Below are positions 17,423 through 27,001 of a stretch of 64,000 bases of DNA, in pieces. The number at the start of each line of letters is the position of its first letter. The first letter of the stretch is position 1. Source of the stretch: an uncultured Thermoanaerobaculia bacterium (GTDB lineage: Bacteria > Acidobacteriota > Thermoanaerobaculia > Thermoanaerobaculales > Sulfomarinibacteraceae). The notes under the pieces are model-generated. The model was not told the origin of the DNA. It did no database searches and saw nothing but the letters and a program-made list of their open reading frames with translations. The stretch is taken from assembly GCA_964552395.1 (NCBI GenBank), contig CAZKGM010000003.1:50030-114029 (forward strand), written 5' to 3'. Made by a program: the position numbers and the translations under genes.

Positions 17423-19246
17423 TCACCCCAACCAGCGGCGGCACCAGCGGGTGAGCACGGCCACCGCGAAGAGGCGCTCGGCATAGTCGGCGCGGCCGTC
17501 CTGGTGCGCCCGCCACGTGGCCTCGAGGATTCCCTGGTCGAGGCCGAGCTCGCCGGCAGTGGCGCCGAGCACGGCATCGCCGAGCGGCTCGCGCAGCGGG
17601 CCGCGCAGCCAGCCTGCGAGAGGGACCTCGAAGCCGCGCTTGCCCCGCTCCGGCTGCCGGCCCGGCAGACGCCGTGCGAGAGCACGCCGCAGCAGCCGCT
17701 TGTCGCGGGCGAGCCGGGGCGGAAGGCCGAGCACGAGCTTGACGACCCGGTGGTCGAGCAGCGGCACCCGGACCTCGAGCGAGTGGTCCATGCTGGCCCG
17801 GTCGACCTTGGCGAGGACCCGCTCGGGGAGGAACGTGAGAAGGTCGAGCAGGCGCCAGCGGCGCCACAGGGGTTCACCCGCGACACGATCAAGAGTCTCC
17901 TGCGGCCACGGCAGGGGAAGCTCCGTCTCGCCGAGGAGCCTCGCCGCCTCGCGCCCGGGCCACACCCCCTGCAGGCACTGGTAGGCGTGCCACGGCGTCG
18001 GCGCGGCAAGCGCGGCAGAGAGCTTGGCGCCCCACCTTTTGGCCGGCAGCGGCGCCAGCCGCAGCCCGGCGCGCGCCCCGGGAACGCGCCACAGCCGCTC
18101 CAGCCGCGGCATGAACCGGAGCCGCGGGTAACCGGACAGCAGCTCGTCTCCCCCGTCCCCCGACAGGGCCACGGTCCAGCGCCGCCGCGCCGCCCGCGAC
18201 ACCACCCAGGTCGGCGCCAGGGACGGGTCCGCAAGCGGATCCCCGGCGACCTCCTCCCAGCGGCCGAGAACTTGGAGCATCTCGGTCGGCGAGCACCTCT
18301 CCACCAGGTGGCGTAGGCCCAGTGACCCGGCGGTTCGCGCGGCTGCCGGCGCCTCGTCGAAGGAGCCATCGAAGCCCACGGTCAGAGCCTCGAGCCCGGC
18401 CCCGGCGGCCGCCGCTGCGGCCGCCACGGCGGCGGAGTCGACGCCGCCCGACAGGAAGCAGCCGAGGGGTACGTCGCTGACGAGCCGTTCGCGAACCGCC
18501 CTCATCAGGTGCGCGTCCAGCTCCTCCACCGCGCCACTCGCCGACAGCTTCGAACCACCCTCGGCGGACGCCGAGATCGGGTCGTACCAGGGGCGGACCC
18601 GGATGCCGGACGAATCGGCTTCCAGCAGGTGGCCTGGCGGCAGGCGGCGCACGCCGCGGACCAGCGTTGCCTCACCGGCGGAGAAGCCCAACTGTAGCCA
18701 GCTCGCAACCACCGCGCGGTCGAGGTCGCGCGCTACCCCCGGGTGGCAGAGCAGTGCCGGCAGCTCCGAGGCAAAGGCGAGCCCCCCGGCCACCGGCGCC
18801 CAAAACAGCGGCTTGATGCCGAGGCGATCGCGGGCGAGAAGGAGACGCCGGCGCTCCGGATCCCACAGTGCGAGGGCGAACATTCCTTCCAGCTCAGTCA
18901 GCGCGTCGGCACCTCCCGGACCGAGGACGGCCAGCACCACCTCGGTATCACCGCTGCTCGCGAAGATAGCGCCGTCAGCCTCCAGCCGCTGCCGCAGCTG
19001 ACGGAAGTTGTAGACCTCGCCGTTGTAGACCAGGACGCGGCCGGCGGCGTCCGACATCGGCTGATCGGCGCGAGCGGAGGGATCGAGCACACACAGGCGG
19101 CGGTGCCCGAGGACGGCGGCGCCGCACGGATCCCTCCACAGTCCCTCGCCGTCGGGCCCCCGGTGGACGAGCCGGGCGGTCATGCGTCGCACCGGCCCAT
19201 CATCCACCGGGTCCCGCCAGCTCACCCAACCCGAGATCCCACACAT
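17423..19246 (-). CDS. asnB: Asparagine synthase (glutamine-hydrolysing)-family amidotransferase
   Basis: N-terminal MCGISG, HRGPD, GHRRL, YNGEVYN, LSGGVDS, SGDGGDE and DRASM...RVPLLD. Start reset to the Met before the catalytic Cys. Confidence 0.93.
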   Translation of the reverse strand: MCGISGWVSWRDPVDDGPVRRMTARLVHRGPDGEGLWRDPCGAAVLGHRRLCVLDPSARADQPMSDAAGRVLVYNGEVYNFRQLRQRLEADGAIFASSGDTEVVLAVLGPGGADALTELEGMFALALWDPERRRLLLARDRLGIKPLFWAPVAGGLAFASELPALLCHPGVARDLDRAVVASWLQLGFSAGEATLVRGVRRLPPGHLLEADSSGIRVRPWYDPISASAEGGSKLSASGAVEELDAHLMRAVRERLVSDVPLGCFLSGGVDSAAVAAAAAAAGAGLEALTVGFDGSFDEAPAAARTAGSLGLRHLVERCSPTEMLQVLGRWEEVAGDPLADPSLAPTWVVSRAARRRWTVALSGDGGDELLSGYPRLRFMPRLERLWRVPGARAGLRLAPLPAKRWGAKLSAALAAPTPWHAYQCLQGVWPGREAARLLGETELPLPWPQETLDRVAGEPLWRRWRLLDLLTFLPERVLAKVDRASMDHSLEVRVPLLDHRVVKLVLGLPPRLARDKRLLRRALARRLPGRQPERGKRGFEVPLAGWLRGPLREPLGDAVLGATAGELGLDQGILEATWRAHQDGRADYAERLFAVAVLTRWCRRWLG

Positions 19247-19416
19247 GACCTTATGGTACGCGTACCGGGCTCCGGTGCCGGCATCCGCACCGGCACGATC
19301 ATTGAAGAGGGAGGAAACGTGGGGCCTTGGCGTTGCTCCCAGTCTCGAGAGGCCCGTGGTGATCCGAAACACGCTCCCGGCTTGCTCAATCGGCAGCGGC
19401 CTCGTACGATGACGCC

Positions 19417-21177
19417 ATGGCACGCGGGAAGGCATCCGGTCGCGGCGCGCCGCCGCCTGCCGCGGCGGATGACCGGAGCCCCGCCATCACCCTCCTCGGG
19501 ATCGTGCTCCTCCTGACCGAGGTCATCGTCCTGCCTTCCGCGGCAAGCCCGTTCCGGGAGCCCAAGATGGCGGTGGCGGTTGCCGGACTGGCGCTCGTGC
19601 TCGGCGTTCTCGCCGCCGTCGGGCTGTGGCGGCACCAGCTCGAAATCCACACCTCGCCGCTGGTCGCGGCCCTCGCCGCGTATCCGGCCCTCCTGGCTGT
19701 TTCTGCGCTGTGGGCGGCGAGCCCCCGTCGCGCCTTGCTGGCGGCGGGGCTGGCAGGCGCCTGGGTCGCCGTGATTGTTCTACTCGCCGGTTTGGGGAGG
19801 TCGGCGCTCTCGCGCCTGGTCGTGTGGGCGGCCGTGGGGGCGGCAGCCTCGGTCGTAGTAGAACTCCTGCAGGTCGCGAACCGGTCGCCGCTGGTGGCGG
19901 TGGCCACCTCCGATGACCGGCTCGCGCGGACCGGCCTCGCGGGCAACCCGGCCGACCTGGCCGCCGCCTCGTTGCTGCTGATCCCGCTGCTCCTCACGCC
20001 CGGCGAACGCAGGGTGCCGTCGCGCTTCGGGTTGGCGCTGATCGCAGTCCTCGGCATCGGCGTAGCACTGTCGCAAACCCTCACGGGGTATGTTGCGATC
20101 GCAGCCCTCATGGTGGCCTGGCTTGTCCATCGCCGCTCGCGGAAGCTGTGGCTCGGGGCGGTCACGCTGCTGGTTGTCCTGGCTGCGGCCGCGGCCCTGT
20201 CCGGCGTCGGCGAGCGTCTGCGAACGTTGGACACCAACCTTCGGGAAGGGAACTGGTACGCGGTCTTCTCGGCCCGCGCCGACGGCTGGACGGCGGCCGC
20301 GCAGATGATCTCAGACCACCCGCTGACCGGTGTCGGCGGTGCCAACTTCACCCAGGCCTTCTATCCCGCACGGCTGGCGTGGCTCGACACGCACGAGACC
20401 CGGGGCGCCCGCGGCGAGCTCGCCACGCACTTCCCCTGGACCCACTGCGATCCGTTGCAGCTGGTCGCAGAGCTCGGCGTTCCCGGCACGCTGTGGCTGC
20501 TGCTTTTTGCAGTCTCCTTCGTTCGCAGCGCCCGCGATTCCCGCGAGCTGGCAACTCTGGCCGCGGCTGCAGCCGCGCCCTTCCTGCTGTTCCACTACCC
20601 GGCGCACCTGGCGATCGGCCTCATCCCGCTGGCGTTGATACTCGCGCGCCTGGTGGCCGACGGCTCATCGCCCCGTCGTGTCGTCCGTGGTCCGGCCGCG
20701 GCGCGGGGCCTCGCGCTCCTGGTCCTCGCGCTCACCGCTGCCGTCGTCGTCTGGCAGTACCAGGGCTTGGCAACAACCCTGTGGTACGGACGAGCAGAGC
20801 AGGCCATCGAGACCTCGATCAGGCTGCCCGAGCCGCTTCGCGGCCGCACGCTGGCCGGGGCCGAGAAGATCCTCGTTGCCCGCGAAGCCGCCCATCCCGA
20901 GGAGGCGCCGTGGCTGTTGCGGCTCATCGGCCGCACACGTCTCGCTCTCGGACGCGACCCGGCCGCCGAAGACGCGTTCCGTCGCGCTTTCGCCCTCTGG
21001 CCGCACGCCCAGGCCGAGCTTGGGCTCGGCCTGGCCCTCGCCGCCGAAGGCCGCGTCACCGAGGCCCTGCCCCACCTCGAGCGGGTCGCACGCGTCAACC
21101 CGAAGCTCGTCGACCTGATCCCCGATCCCGAGCTGCGGCGCGCCGTCAGCGAGTCGGTCCGGCAAGCGCAGCAGTGA
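19417..21177 (+). CDS. O-antigen ligase/polymerase-like membrane protein with C-terminal TPR
   Basis: About 12 TM segments, GLAGNP, R...W...HPLTGVG, HCDPLQ (Wzy_C-like), TPR-like tail. Confidence 0.8.
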   Translation: MARGKASGRGAPPPAAADDRSPAITLLGIVLLLTEVIVLPSAASPFREPKMAVAVAGLALVLGVLAAVGLWRHQLEIHTSPLVAALAAYPALLAVSALWAASPRRALLAAGLAGAWVAVIVLLAGLGRSALSRLVVWAAVGAAASVVVELLQVANRSPLVAVATSDDRLARTGLAGNPADLAAASLLLIPLLLTPGERRVPSRFGLALIAVLGIGVALSQTLTGYVAIAALMVAWLVHRRSRKLWLGAVTLLVVLAAAAALSGVGERLRTLDTNLREGNWYAVFSARADGWTAAAQMISDHPLTGVGGANFTQAFYPARLAWLDTHETRGARGELATHFPWTHCDPLQLVAELGVPGTLWLLLFAVSFVRSARDSRELATLAAAAAAPFLLFHYPAHLAIGLIPLALILARLVADGSSPRRVVRGPAAARGLALLVLALTAAVVVWQYQGLATTLWYGRAEQAIETSIRLPEPLRGRTLAGAEKILVAREAAHPEEAPWLLRLIGRTRLALGRDPAAEDAFRRAFALWPHAQAELGLGLALAAEGRVTEALPHLERVARVNPKLVDLIPDPELRRAVSESVRQAQQ

Positions 21178-22327
21178 CGGCCGCGCTCACGGCCTCCGCC
21201 ACGCGACGGGGATGGTAGAGCCGGCGCCACACCTCACGCCCAGCGTCGCCGACGGTGCGGGCACGCTCGCCGTCCAGCAGCAGCCCGGCCACCGCATCTG
21301 CAAACTCCTCGCAGCCTTCCGCCGTCACCAGGTCGTGCCCGGCCACCGCCTGCAGCCCAGCGGCGCTCCAGGAACGGGCAACCACCGGTACCCCCGCAGC
21401 CCACGCCTCCAGCACCTTCATTGGCACTCCAGAGCCGCTGGCCATGGGTGCAATGGCGACCCGTGCGCGAGCGAAGAACGGCGCCAGGTCCGGAACGTCG
21501 GCGTGGACCTCAACCCCGGCCAGATCGGCAAGCTTGCGAACGGCGCGCGGCGGGCGCGCCCCCGCGACAACCCATCGTGCCTTGGACACCCGTGCCCGGA
21601 TCAGCGGCCACACGCTCTTTGCGAACCAGATCGCACCGTTCACCGTCGGGCGGTAGCCGAGGTTGCCCGACAGCAGCACCACGGGCGGCTCCGAGACGGC
21701 CCCGTGCCGACGCTCCGGCGCGCTCACCGGCACCACCCTGCCACAGCCGTCCCCCACGCTGATGGCCTCGAGGTCCCGCCGCGAAACTGCGGTCGTCACC
21801 GTCGCCGCACGGGCCAGATCGACCTCGAAGCGGCGGCAGCGAGCGGCCTCCAGCCTGGCGAACGGCCGCAGAGGCGCCGCCAAGTCGCCGGCGCCACGTC
21901 CAAAGTGGAGCCCCATTGCATCGATGGCGTCGAACACGACCGGCGTGCCCGGCGCCACTGCAGCGATCTCTGAGAGCGCCCACCAGCAGCGCACCATCTG
22001 CACCACCACCACATCTGGGGATGCGGAAAGAAGCGCTCTCCGCAATGCTCGGCGAGCGGCCGCGTGGTGGTACAGGCCCTCTTGCACCGGCCGTCCGGCC
22101 ACTACCGCCCTAGCGGCCCCGAAAGCCATCCGCGCCCGCGACAAGGGGTACTCCTGCACCTCGACCCCAGTCGCGTCGAGGGAGGTGGCATCGACGTCGG
22201 AGGGTGGCTCCGGCGTCACGAGGGTGAGCCGATGATCCGCCAGGGCACGCAGCCACTCCATTGTTCGTACCTGGTTGCCGCGCCATGGGGGCAACGGATA
22301 TCGGCTGGTCACGAGGAGGACGTGCAC
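21146..22327 (-). CDS. Glycosyltransferase family 4 (GT-B)
   Basis: LLVTSRYP N-terminus, GNLGYRPT, SGVPMKVLEAWAAGVPVV. Confidence 0.88.
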   Translation of the reverse strand: MHVLLVTSRYPLPPWRGNQVRTMEWLRALADHRLTLVTPEPPSDVDATSLDATGVEVQEYPLSRARMAFGAARAVVAGRPVQEGLYHHAAARRALRRALLSASPDVVVVQMVRCWWALSEIAAVAPGTPVVFDAIDAMGLHFGRGAGDLAAPLRPFARLEAARCRRFEVDLARAATVTTAVSRRDLEAISVGDGCGRVVPVSAPERRHGAVSEPPVVLLSGNLGYRPTVNGAIWFAKSVWPLIRARVSKARWVVAGARPPRAVRKLADLAGVEVHADVPDLAPFFARARVAIAPMASGSGVPMKVLEAWAAGVPVVARSWSAAGLQAVAGHDLVTAEGCEEFADAVAGLLLDGERARTVGDAGREVWRRLYHPRRVAEAVSAAVTAALAGPTR

Positions 22328-22396
22328 GGGCCCAAGGTAGCTCACCGGGCCAAACCCCGCCACTCACCCTGCTGCACTCCATAGCGTGCGAGCGCT

Positions 22397-23524
22397 TCAC
22401 ACGGCGCGCGGCTTGACACGGCGGTAGAAGTCGCCGATTGCGCCGACAACCTGCTCCTGCTCGGCAACGGTGAGCTCGGGAAAGACCGGTAGCGCCAGGA
22501 CCTCGCGGCTCGCACGCTCGGCGACCGGGAAGTCACCCGCGGCATGGCCGAGGCTCGCGAAGCAGGGCTGGAGGTGCAGCGGCAGCGGGTAGTACACGGC
22601 GGCGATGACCCCGCGTTCGGCGAGAAAGGCCCGCAGCTCGTCGCGGTGCGGCGCCCGAATGACGTACTGGTTGAAGGTGTGGCCGCGACCGTCCACTGCC
22701 TCCGGCAGGCCGACGACATGGTCGAGACCGGCCTCGGAGAAAAGCCGGGCGTAGCGCGCAGCGTTGGCGCGGCGACCCTCTATCCAGCCCTCGACCCGCG
22801 GCAGCTTGACGCGCAGCACCGCCGCCTGCAGCGCGTCGAGCCTGAAGTTGCCGCCGACTGTAGCGTGCTCGTAGGTACCGGACTGACCGTGCACCCGCAG
22901 CTGGCGCAGGCGCGCCGCGACTGCGGCCTCGTTGGTGGTGACCAGGCCGCCGTCGCCGAAGCAGCCCAGGTTCTTGGAAGGGAAGAACGAGAACGCTCCC
23001 ATGATCCCCATGCCGCCGACAAGCTGACCGTCGAAAGTGGCTCCCCACGCCTGGGCACAGTCCTCGATGATCGGCACCCCGCCCGCCACCGCGGCCAGCG
23101 CTCCCATGTCCGCCGCCTGGCCGAAAAGGTGCACCGGGATGACGGCACGCGTGGTCGCCGACAGCCGCTCGGCGACCTGTCCCATGTCCAGGCAGTAGTC
23201 GGTCGGGTCGATGTCGACGAACACCGGCCTGGCGCCGAGACGCACGACTACCCCGGCGGTGGCGAAGAACGTGAAGACGGGCAGCACGACCTCGTCGCCG
23301 GGCCCGACGCCGAGCGCCATCAGCGCTACCAGGAGGGCATCGGTGCCCGAGGTCACGCCGACCGCGTGCGCAACACCGAGGATCTCGGCCGCCTCGCGCT
23401 CGAAGCTCTCCACCTCGGCGCCGAGAATGAAGCTCTGCGCATCGCACACCCGGTCGATCGCCTCGCGAATGTCGTCGCGCAGAGGCTGGTACTGCCGCTT
23501 CAGGTCCAATAGGGGAACTGCCAT
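22397..23524 (-). CDS. DegT/DnrJ/EryC1/StrS sugar aminotransferase
   Basis: SGTDAL, PVHLFGQ, IEDCAQAWG, SFFPSKNLG with the PLP lysine, GGNFRLDALQAA. Confidence 0.93.
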   Translation of the reverse strand: MAVPLLDLKRQYQPLRDDIREAIDRVCDAQSFILGAEVESFEREAAEILGVAHAVGVTSGTDALLVALMALGVGPGDEVVLPVFTFFATAGVVVRLGARPVFVDIDPTDYCLDMGQVAERLSATTRAVIPVHLFGQAADMGALAAVAGGVPIIEDCAQAWGATFDGQLVGGMGIMGAFSFFPSKNLGCFGDGGLVTTNEAAVAARLRQLRVHGQSGTYEHATVGGNFRLDALQAAVLRVKLPRVEGWIEGRRANAARYARLFSEAGLDHVVGLPEAVDGRGHTFNQYVIRAPHRDELRAFLAERGVIAAVYYPLPLHLQPCFASLGHAAGDFPVAERASREVLALPVFPELTVAEQEQVVGAIGDFYRRVKPRAV

Positions 23525-23632
23525 GGTCGTCCTCCAGACTCCGGCGCCCGGCCGTCGTCTCTCGCGCCGCGCATTATTCACCAACCGGAAGGCGAGGGCT
23601 ACTCCGGCCCGGATCCACGTCGGGGGCGGCTG

Positions 23633-25096
23633 TCATGATCCCGGCGGCCCTGCGAACCGCCCCCACAGCTCCCAGTACGGCTGCTGCGCCGCCACCGGGG
23701 CCAGGCCGACCTCGCCCACCAGCCTGTCCAGCAGCCGGTCGGAAGGCAGCGCAGGGGAGCGTAGCAGCCACACTGCATGGCCCGCGGCACGGGCGGACGC
23801 GAACCGCTGTGCAAGCTCCGGCACATCGCCCGCAGCACTCAAGGCAAGACTGTCGTCGTACCAGCCCGGATGGGCGGCGGTGTCGGCCGGGAATGTCGCC
23901 CACCGCAGCCGGGTATCCAGCGGGCCGACCGCATGGCGGAGGTCGAGCAGCCACCAGCCGGTCGTGACGACGAGATCGCCCGGGCGGGCAACCCGCTGCA
24001 ACGCCGCCGCCGCCTTCGCCACGGGCCGCGACGGAGCCGACTCCCACTGATGCAGCGTGGCCAGCGACTGCCAGGCGCCCCCCGCCGCCAGGGCGAGTAC
24101 CAGAGCCAGGCCAGTCTTGCCGAGTCGACGGGCGCCGGCCGCAACCACGACCACTGCCGCCGGCAGCAGCAGCACATCGGCCCTGTCCGGAGCGTAGACC
24201 GGCCGCAGCAGGATCGTCGCCGCGACCAGCACGCCGCCCGCAGCGAGCCACAGAAGGAGCGGCGACAGCACCCTCCGCACGGCCGTCATTGCGGCCACGA
24301 GAAGAGCCAGCCAGGCGAGCGTCCCGATGACGGCGACAGGCCCGCCCAATCCCGCGAGGTCGATGAAGGCCGTCCGCTGCGCCAGCGGACCGCTCTGGAT
24401 CACCGGCAGCAGCCAGCGCAGCATCGCCGGCGTATTCTCCCATCCCCGCACCATCCAGGTCAGTGACGCACCAGGCTGGCGGAGCATCACCGGCAGCCAG
24501 GGCAAGAAGGAAACCAGGGCCGCCAGCGCCGCCAGCCACGTCAGGCGCCTGGCCTTGGCATCCATCAACGACGCCACGACAACGACGGCGCCGGTCAGCA
24601 CCAGGCCCAGGGCATGCACCCAGCAGGCTGCAGCCAGCACCGCGGCCAGAACGGCCGCGCGGCGTGGACTCGCGTCGGCTCTCAGGAGACACACCGCCAC
24701 CGCGGACAGTGCGAACAGCAGGGCGTAGGCCCGCGCATCGGCCGCCGCCGCCAGCAGCAACGGGTGCGCTGCGAGAAGGAGCGCCGCGGCTGTACGCTGC
24801 CGCTGCTCCGCCAAGGACAGAACCAGGATCGCGACACCGGCCGCCACAGCCACCACCGACAGCATGCGCAGAGCACGCACCGAGTCGGCACCGAAAAGGT
24901 GGGCGAGCCGGCACAGAAGGTAGTAGCCGGGCGGTCCCGAGTCGAGACGCAGCGCGCCCACGACAGCTGCCAAACTCGAACGGGCCAGCTCGAGGGTGAA
25001 CAGCTCGTCGTGCCACGGCCGGCGCAGCAGCGCTCCCGCCATCCCGAGCCCGCCCGCAATCGTGGCTGCGGCCGCCGCCCACCGTCCTCTTCCCAT
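23633..25096 (-). CDS. GT-C fold (PMT/ArnT-like) integral membrane glycosyltransferase
   Basis: PWHDE first-loop acidic motif, DSGPPGYY, DARAYAL, many TM helices. Start is approximate. Confidence 0.72.
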   Translation of the reverse strand: MGRGRWAAAAATIAGGLGMAGALLRRPWHDELFTLELARSSLAAVVGALRLDSGPPGYYLLCRLAHLFGADSVRALRMLSVVAVAAGVAILVLSLAEQRQRTAAALLLAAHPLLLAAAADARAYALLFALSAVAVCLLRADASPRRAAVLAAVLAAACWVHALGLVLTGAVVVVASLMDAKARRLTWLAALAALVSFLPWLPVMLRQPGASLTWMVRGWENTPAMLRWLLPVIQSGPLAQRTAFIDLAGLGGPVAVIGTLAWLALLVAAMTAVRRVLSPLLLWLAAGGVLVAATILLRPVYAPDRADVLLLPAAVVVVAAGARRLGKTGLALVLALAAGGAWQSLATLHQWESAPSRPVAKAAAALQRVARPGDLVVTTGWWLLDLRHAVGPLDTRLRWATFPADTAAHPGWYDDSLALSAAGDVPELAQRFASARAAGHAVWLLRSPALPSDRLLDRLVGEVGLAPVAAQQPYWELWGRFAGPPGS

Positions 25097-25127
25097 GCCG
25101 CCAGGGTACTCCATCGCCCGCGGAGAA

Positions 25128-25156
25128 TTGGCGGTTCGGAGCGCCTCTGCTACGAT
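25128..25156 (+). promoter_or_regulatory. Putative sigma70 promoter of ugd
   Basis: TTGGCG-17 bp-TACGAT with an extended -10 TG. Confidence 0.5.
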
Positions 25157-25186
25157 GCTCGCCGGCTGTTGAGCGGGAGGTCGTCG

Positions 25187-26524
25187 ATGCACATCTGCGT
25201 GGTAGGAACGGGTTACGTGGGGTTGGTGACGGGCGCGTGCCTGGCGGACCTCGGCATGGACGTCACCTGTGTGGACAAGGACAGCGCCAAGATCGACACG
25301 CTCCAGCGCGGTGAGATCCCGATCTACGAGCCCGGCCTCGACACGCTGGTGTCGAAAAACGCCAAGTCGGGACGGCTTCACTTCACGACCGACCTCGCGA
25401 TCGCCGTGCAGCAGGCGCTGGCGATCTTCATCGCCGTCGGGACGCCACCGAAGAAGGACGGCTCCGCCGACCTGTCCTACGTGGTCGAGGTCGCCGAAGC
25501 GATCGCAGACCACATGAATGGCTACAAGGTGGTGGTGACGAAGTCAACCGTGCCCATCGGCACCGGCCAGCTGATCGAGAAGATCATCCGCGGCCGTACC
25601 AACGGCCGCCACGCATTCTCGGTGGTCTCCAACCCCGAGTTCCTGCGCGAGGGCTCGGCAATTGAAGATTTCATGCGGCCCGACCGCATCGTCATCGGCG
25701 CCCGCGACGCCCAGGCGATCGCGATCATGAAGGACATCTACTCACCGCTCTACCTCATCGAGACACCGTTCGTGATCACCAACGTCGAGAGCTCGGAGCT
25801 GATCAAGTACGCCTCGAACGCCTTCCTTGCCACCAAGATCACCTTCATCAACGAGGTCGCCCTGCTGTGCGAGCGCCTCGGCGCCGATGTCCACGACGTC
25901 GCCAAGGGAATGGGCCTCGACCGCCGCATTGGCCCCAAGTTTCTCCACCCCGGACCCGGGTACGGCGGCTCGTGCTTCCCGAAGGACACCCAGGCGCTGG
26001 CCGAGATCGCTCGTGAGGCGGGCCGGCCGTTCCAGATCGTGGAGACCGTGATTGCGGCCAATGAGAGCATCAAGGCCCGCTCCATCGACAAGGTCCGCGC
26101 CGTCCTCGGCGGCGAGCTTGCGGGCAAGACGGTGGGTTTGCTCGGCCTTTCGTTCAAGCCTGAGACCGACGACATGCGAGAGTCGCCGGCCATCCCGCTG
26201 GCCGAGGCATTGCTGGCCGCGGGCGCAGCCGTGCGCGCCTTCGATCCCGCCGCCATGGAGAACGCTCGCTCGGCGCTGCCCGACGGCATTACGTACTGCG
26301 AGGACTCGTACCAAGCCGCGGAGGGCGCCGACGCCCTCGTCATCGTTACCGAGTGGAACCAGTTCCGCTCTCTCGACCTCGAGCGCCTGCGTGAGCTGGT
26401 CGCCAGCCCGGTCGTCGTGGATCTCCGCAACGTCTACGAGGCCGCCAAGATGCGCGCCGCCGGTTTCCAGTACGACTGCGTCGGTCGTGCCGCAAGGGAT
26501 CTCCCCGCGGGAACGACATCGTGA
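25187..26524 (+). CDS. ugd: UDP-glucose/GDP-mannose 6-dehydrogenase
   Basis: VGTGYVGL, IAVGTP, KSTVP, NPEFLREG, GYGGSCFPKD; GGGAGG RBS before the ATG at 25187. Confidence 0.95.
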   Translation: MHICVVGTGYVGLVTGACLADLGMDVTCVDKDSAKIDTLQRGEIPIYEPGLDTLVSKNAKSGRLHFTTDLAIAVQQALAIFIAVGTPPKKDGSADLSYVVEVAEAIADHMNGYKVVVTKSTVPIGTGQLIEKIIRGRTNGRHAFSVVSNPEFLREGSAIEDFMRPDRIVIGARDAQAIAIMKDIYSPLYLIETPFVITNVESSELIKYASNAFLATKITFINEVALLCERLGADVHDVAKGMGLDRRIGPKFLHPGPGYGGSCFPKDTQALAEIAREAGRPFQIVETVIAANESIKARSIDKVRAVLGGELAGKTVGLLGLSFKPETDDMRESPAIPLAEALLAAGAAVRAFDPAAMENARSALPDGITYCEDSYQAAEGADALVIVTEWNQFRSLDLERLRELVASPVVVDLRNVYEAAKMRAAGFQYDCVGRAARDLPAGTTS

Positions 26525-26919
26525 GCGACGGCGGGCGCGTCCGCCTCGACGTGTGGCTGGACGTCGCCTGCCTCTTCAAGACTCGCTCCCAGGCGCAGCT
26601 TGCCTGCAAGGGCGGCAAGGTCGAGGTCAACGGCGTGCGTGGGAAGCCGCAGCGCCAGATCACGCCAGGCGACGAGATCCGCATCACCCTGCCAGGCGGC
26701 TGGAAGAAGATCGTCGTCGTCCGCGAGCTGGCCTCGACTCACGTTCCCAAGCGCCGGGCGCGTGAGCTGTACCAGGACCTCACCCCACAGCCGACGATGG
26801 AGGAGCTGGAGCTCAGGCGCCTGCAGAAGCTGTCTCTGCCGCCCCGGCGGGCCCGCGGCCTCGGCGCGCCGAAGAAGAAGGAACGCCGGCAGCTCAGACG
26901 CATCAAGGAGAGCTGGTAG
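26521..26919 (+). CDS. hslR: S4-domain RNA-binding protein (Hsp15 family)
   Basis: VRLDVWL...FKTRSQAQ...GKVEVNG...KP, and C-terminal GAPKKKERR. Confidence 0.85.
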   Translation: MSDGGRVRLDVWLDVACLFKTRSQAQLACKGGKVEVNGVRGKPQRQITPGDEIRITLPGGWKKIVVVRELASTHVPKRRARELYQDLTPQPTMEELELRRLQKLSLPPRRARGLGAPKKKERRQLRRIKESW

Positions 26920-27001
26920 GCCCGGTTGTACAATGGGTCGCTGACGACCCCGGGAGGCCCACGCTGATGTTGCGTGACTGCCGGGGTGTGAGGAGGAGGT
27001 C

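Noticed and set aside
26920-27001. Possible SAH/SAM riboswitch before the deaminase
   Set aside because: Only a simple GGGTCG-CTGA-CGACCC hairpin, with no recognisable aptamer consensus.
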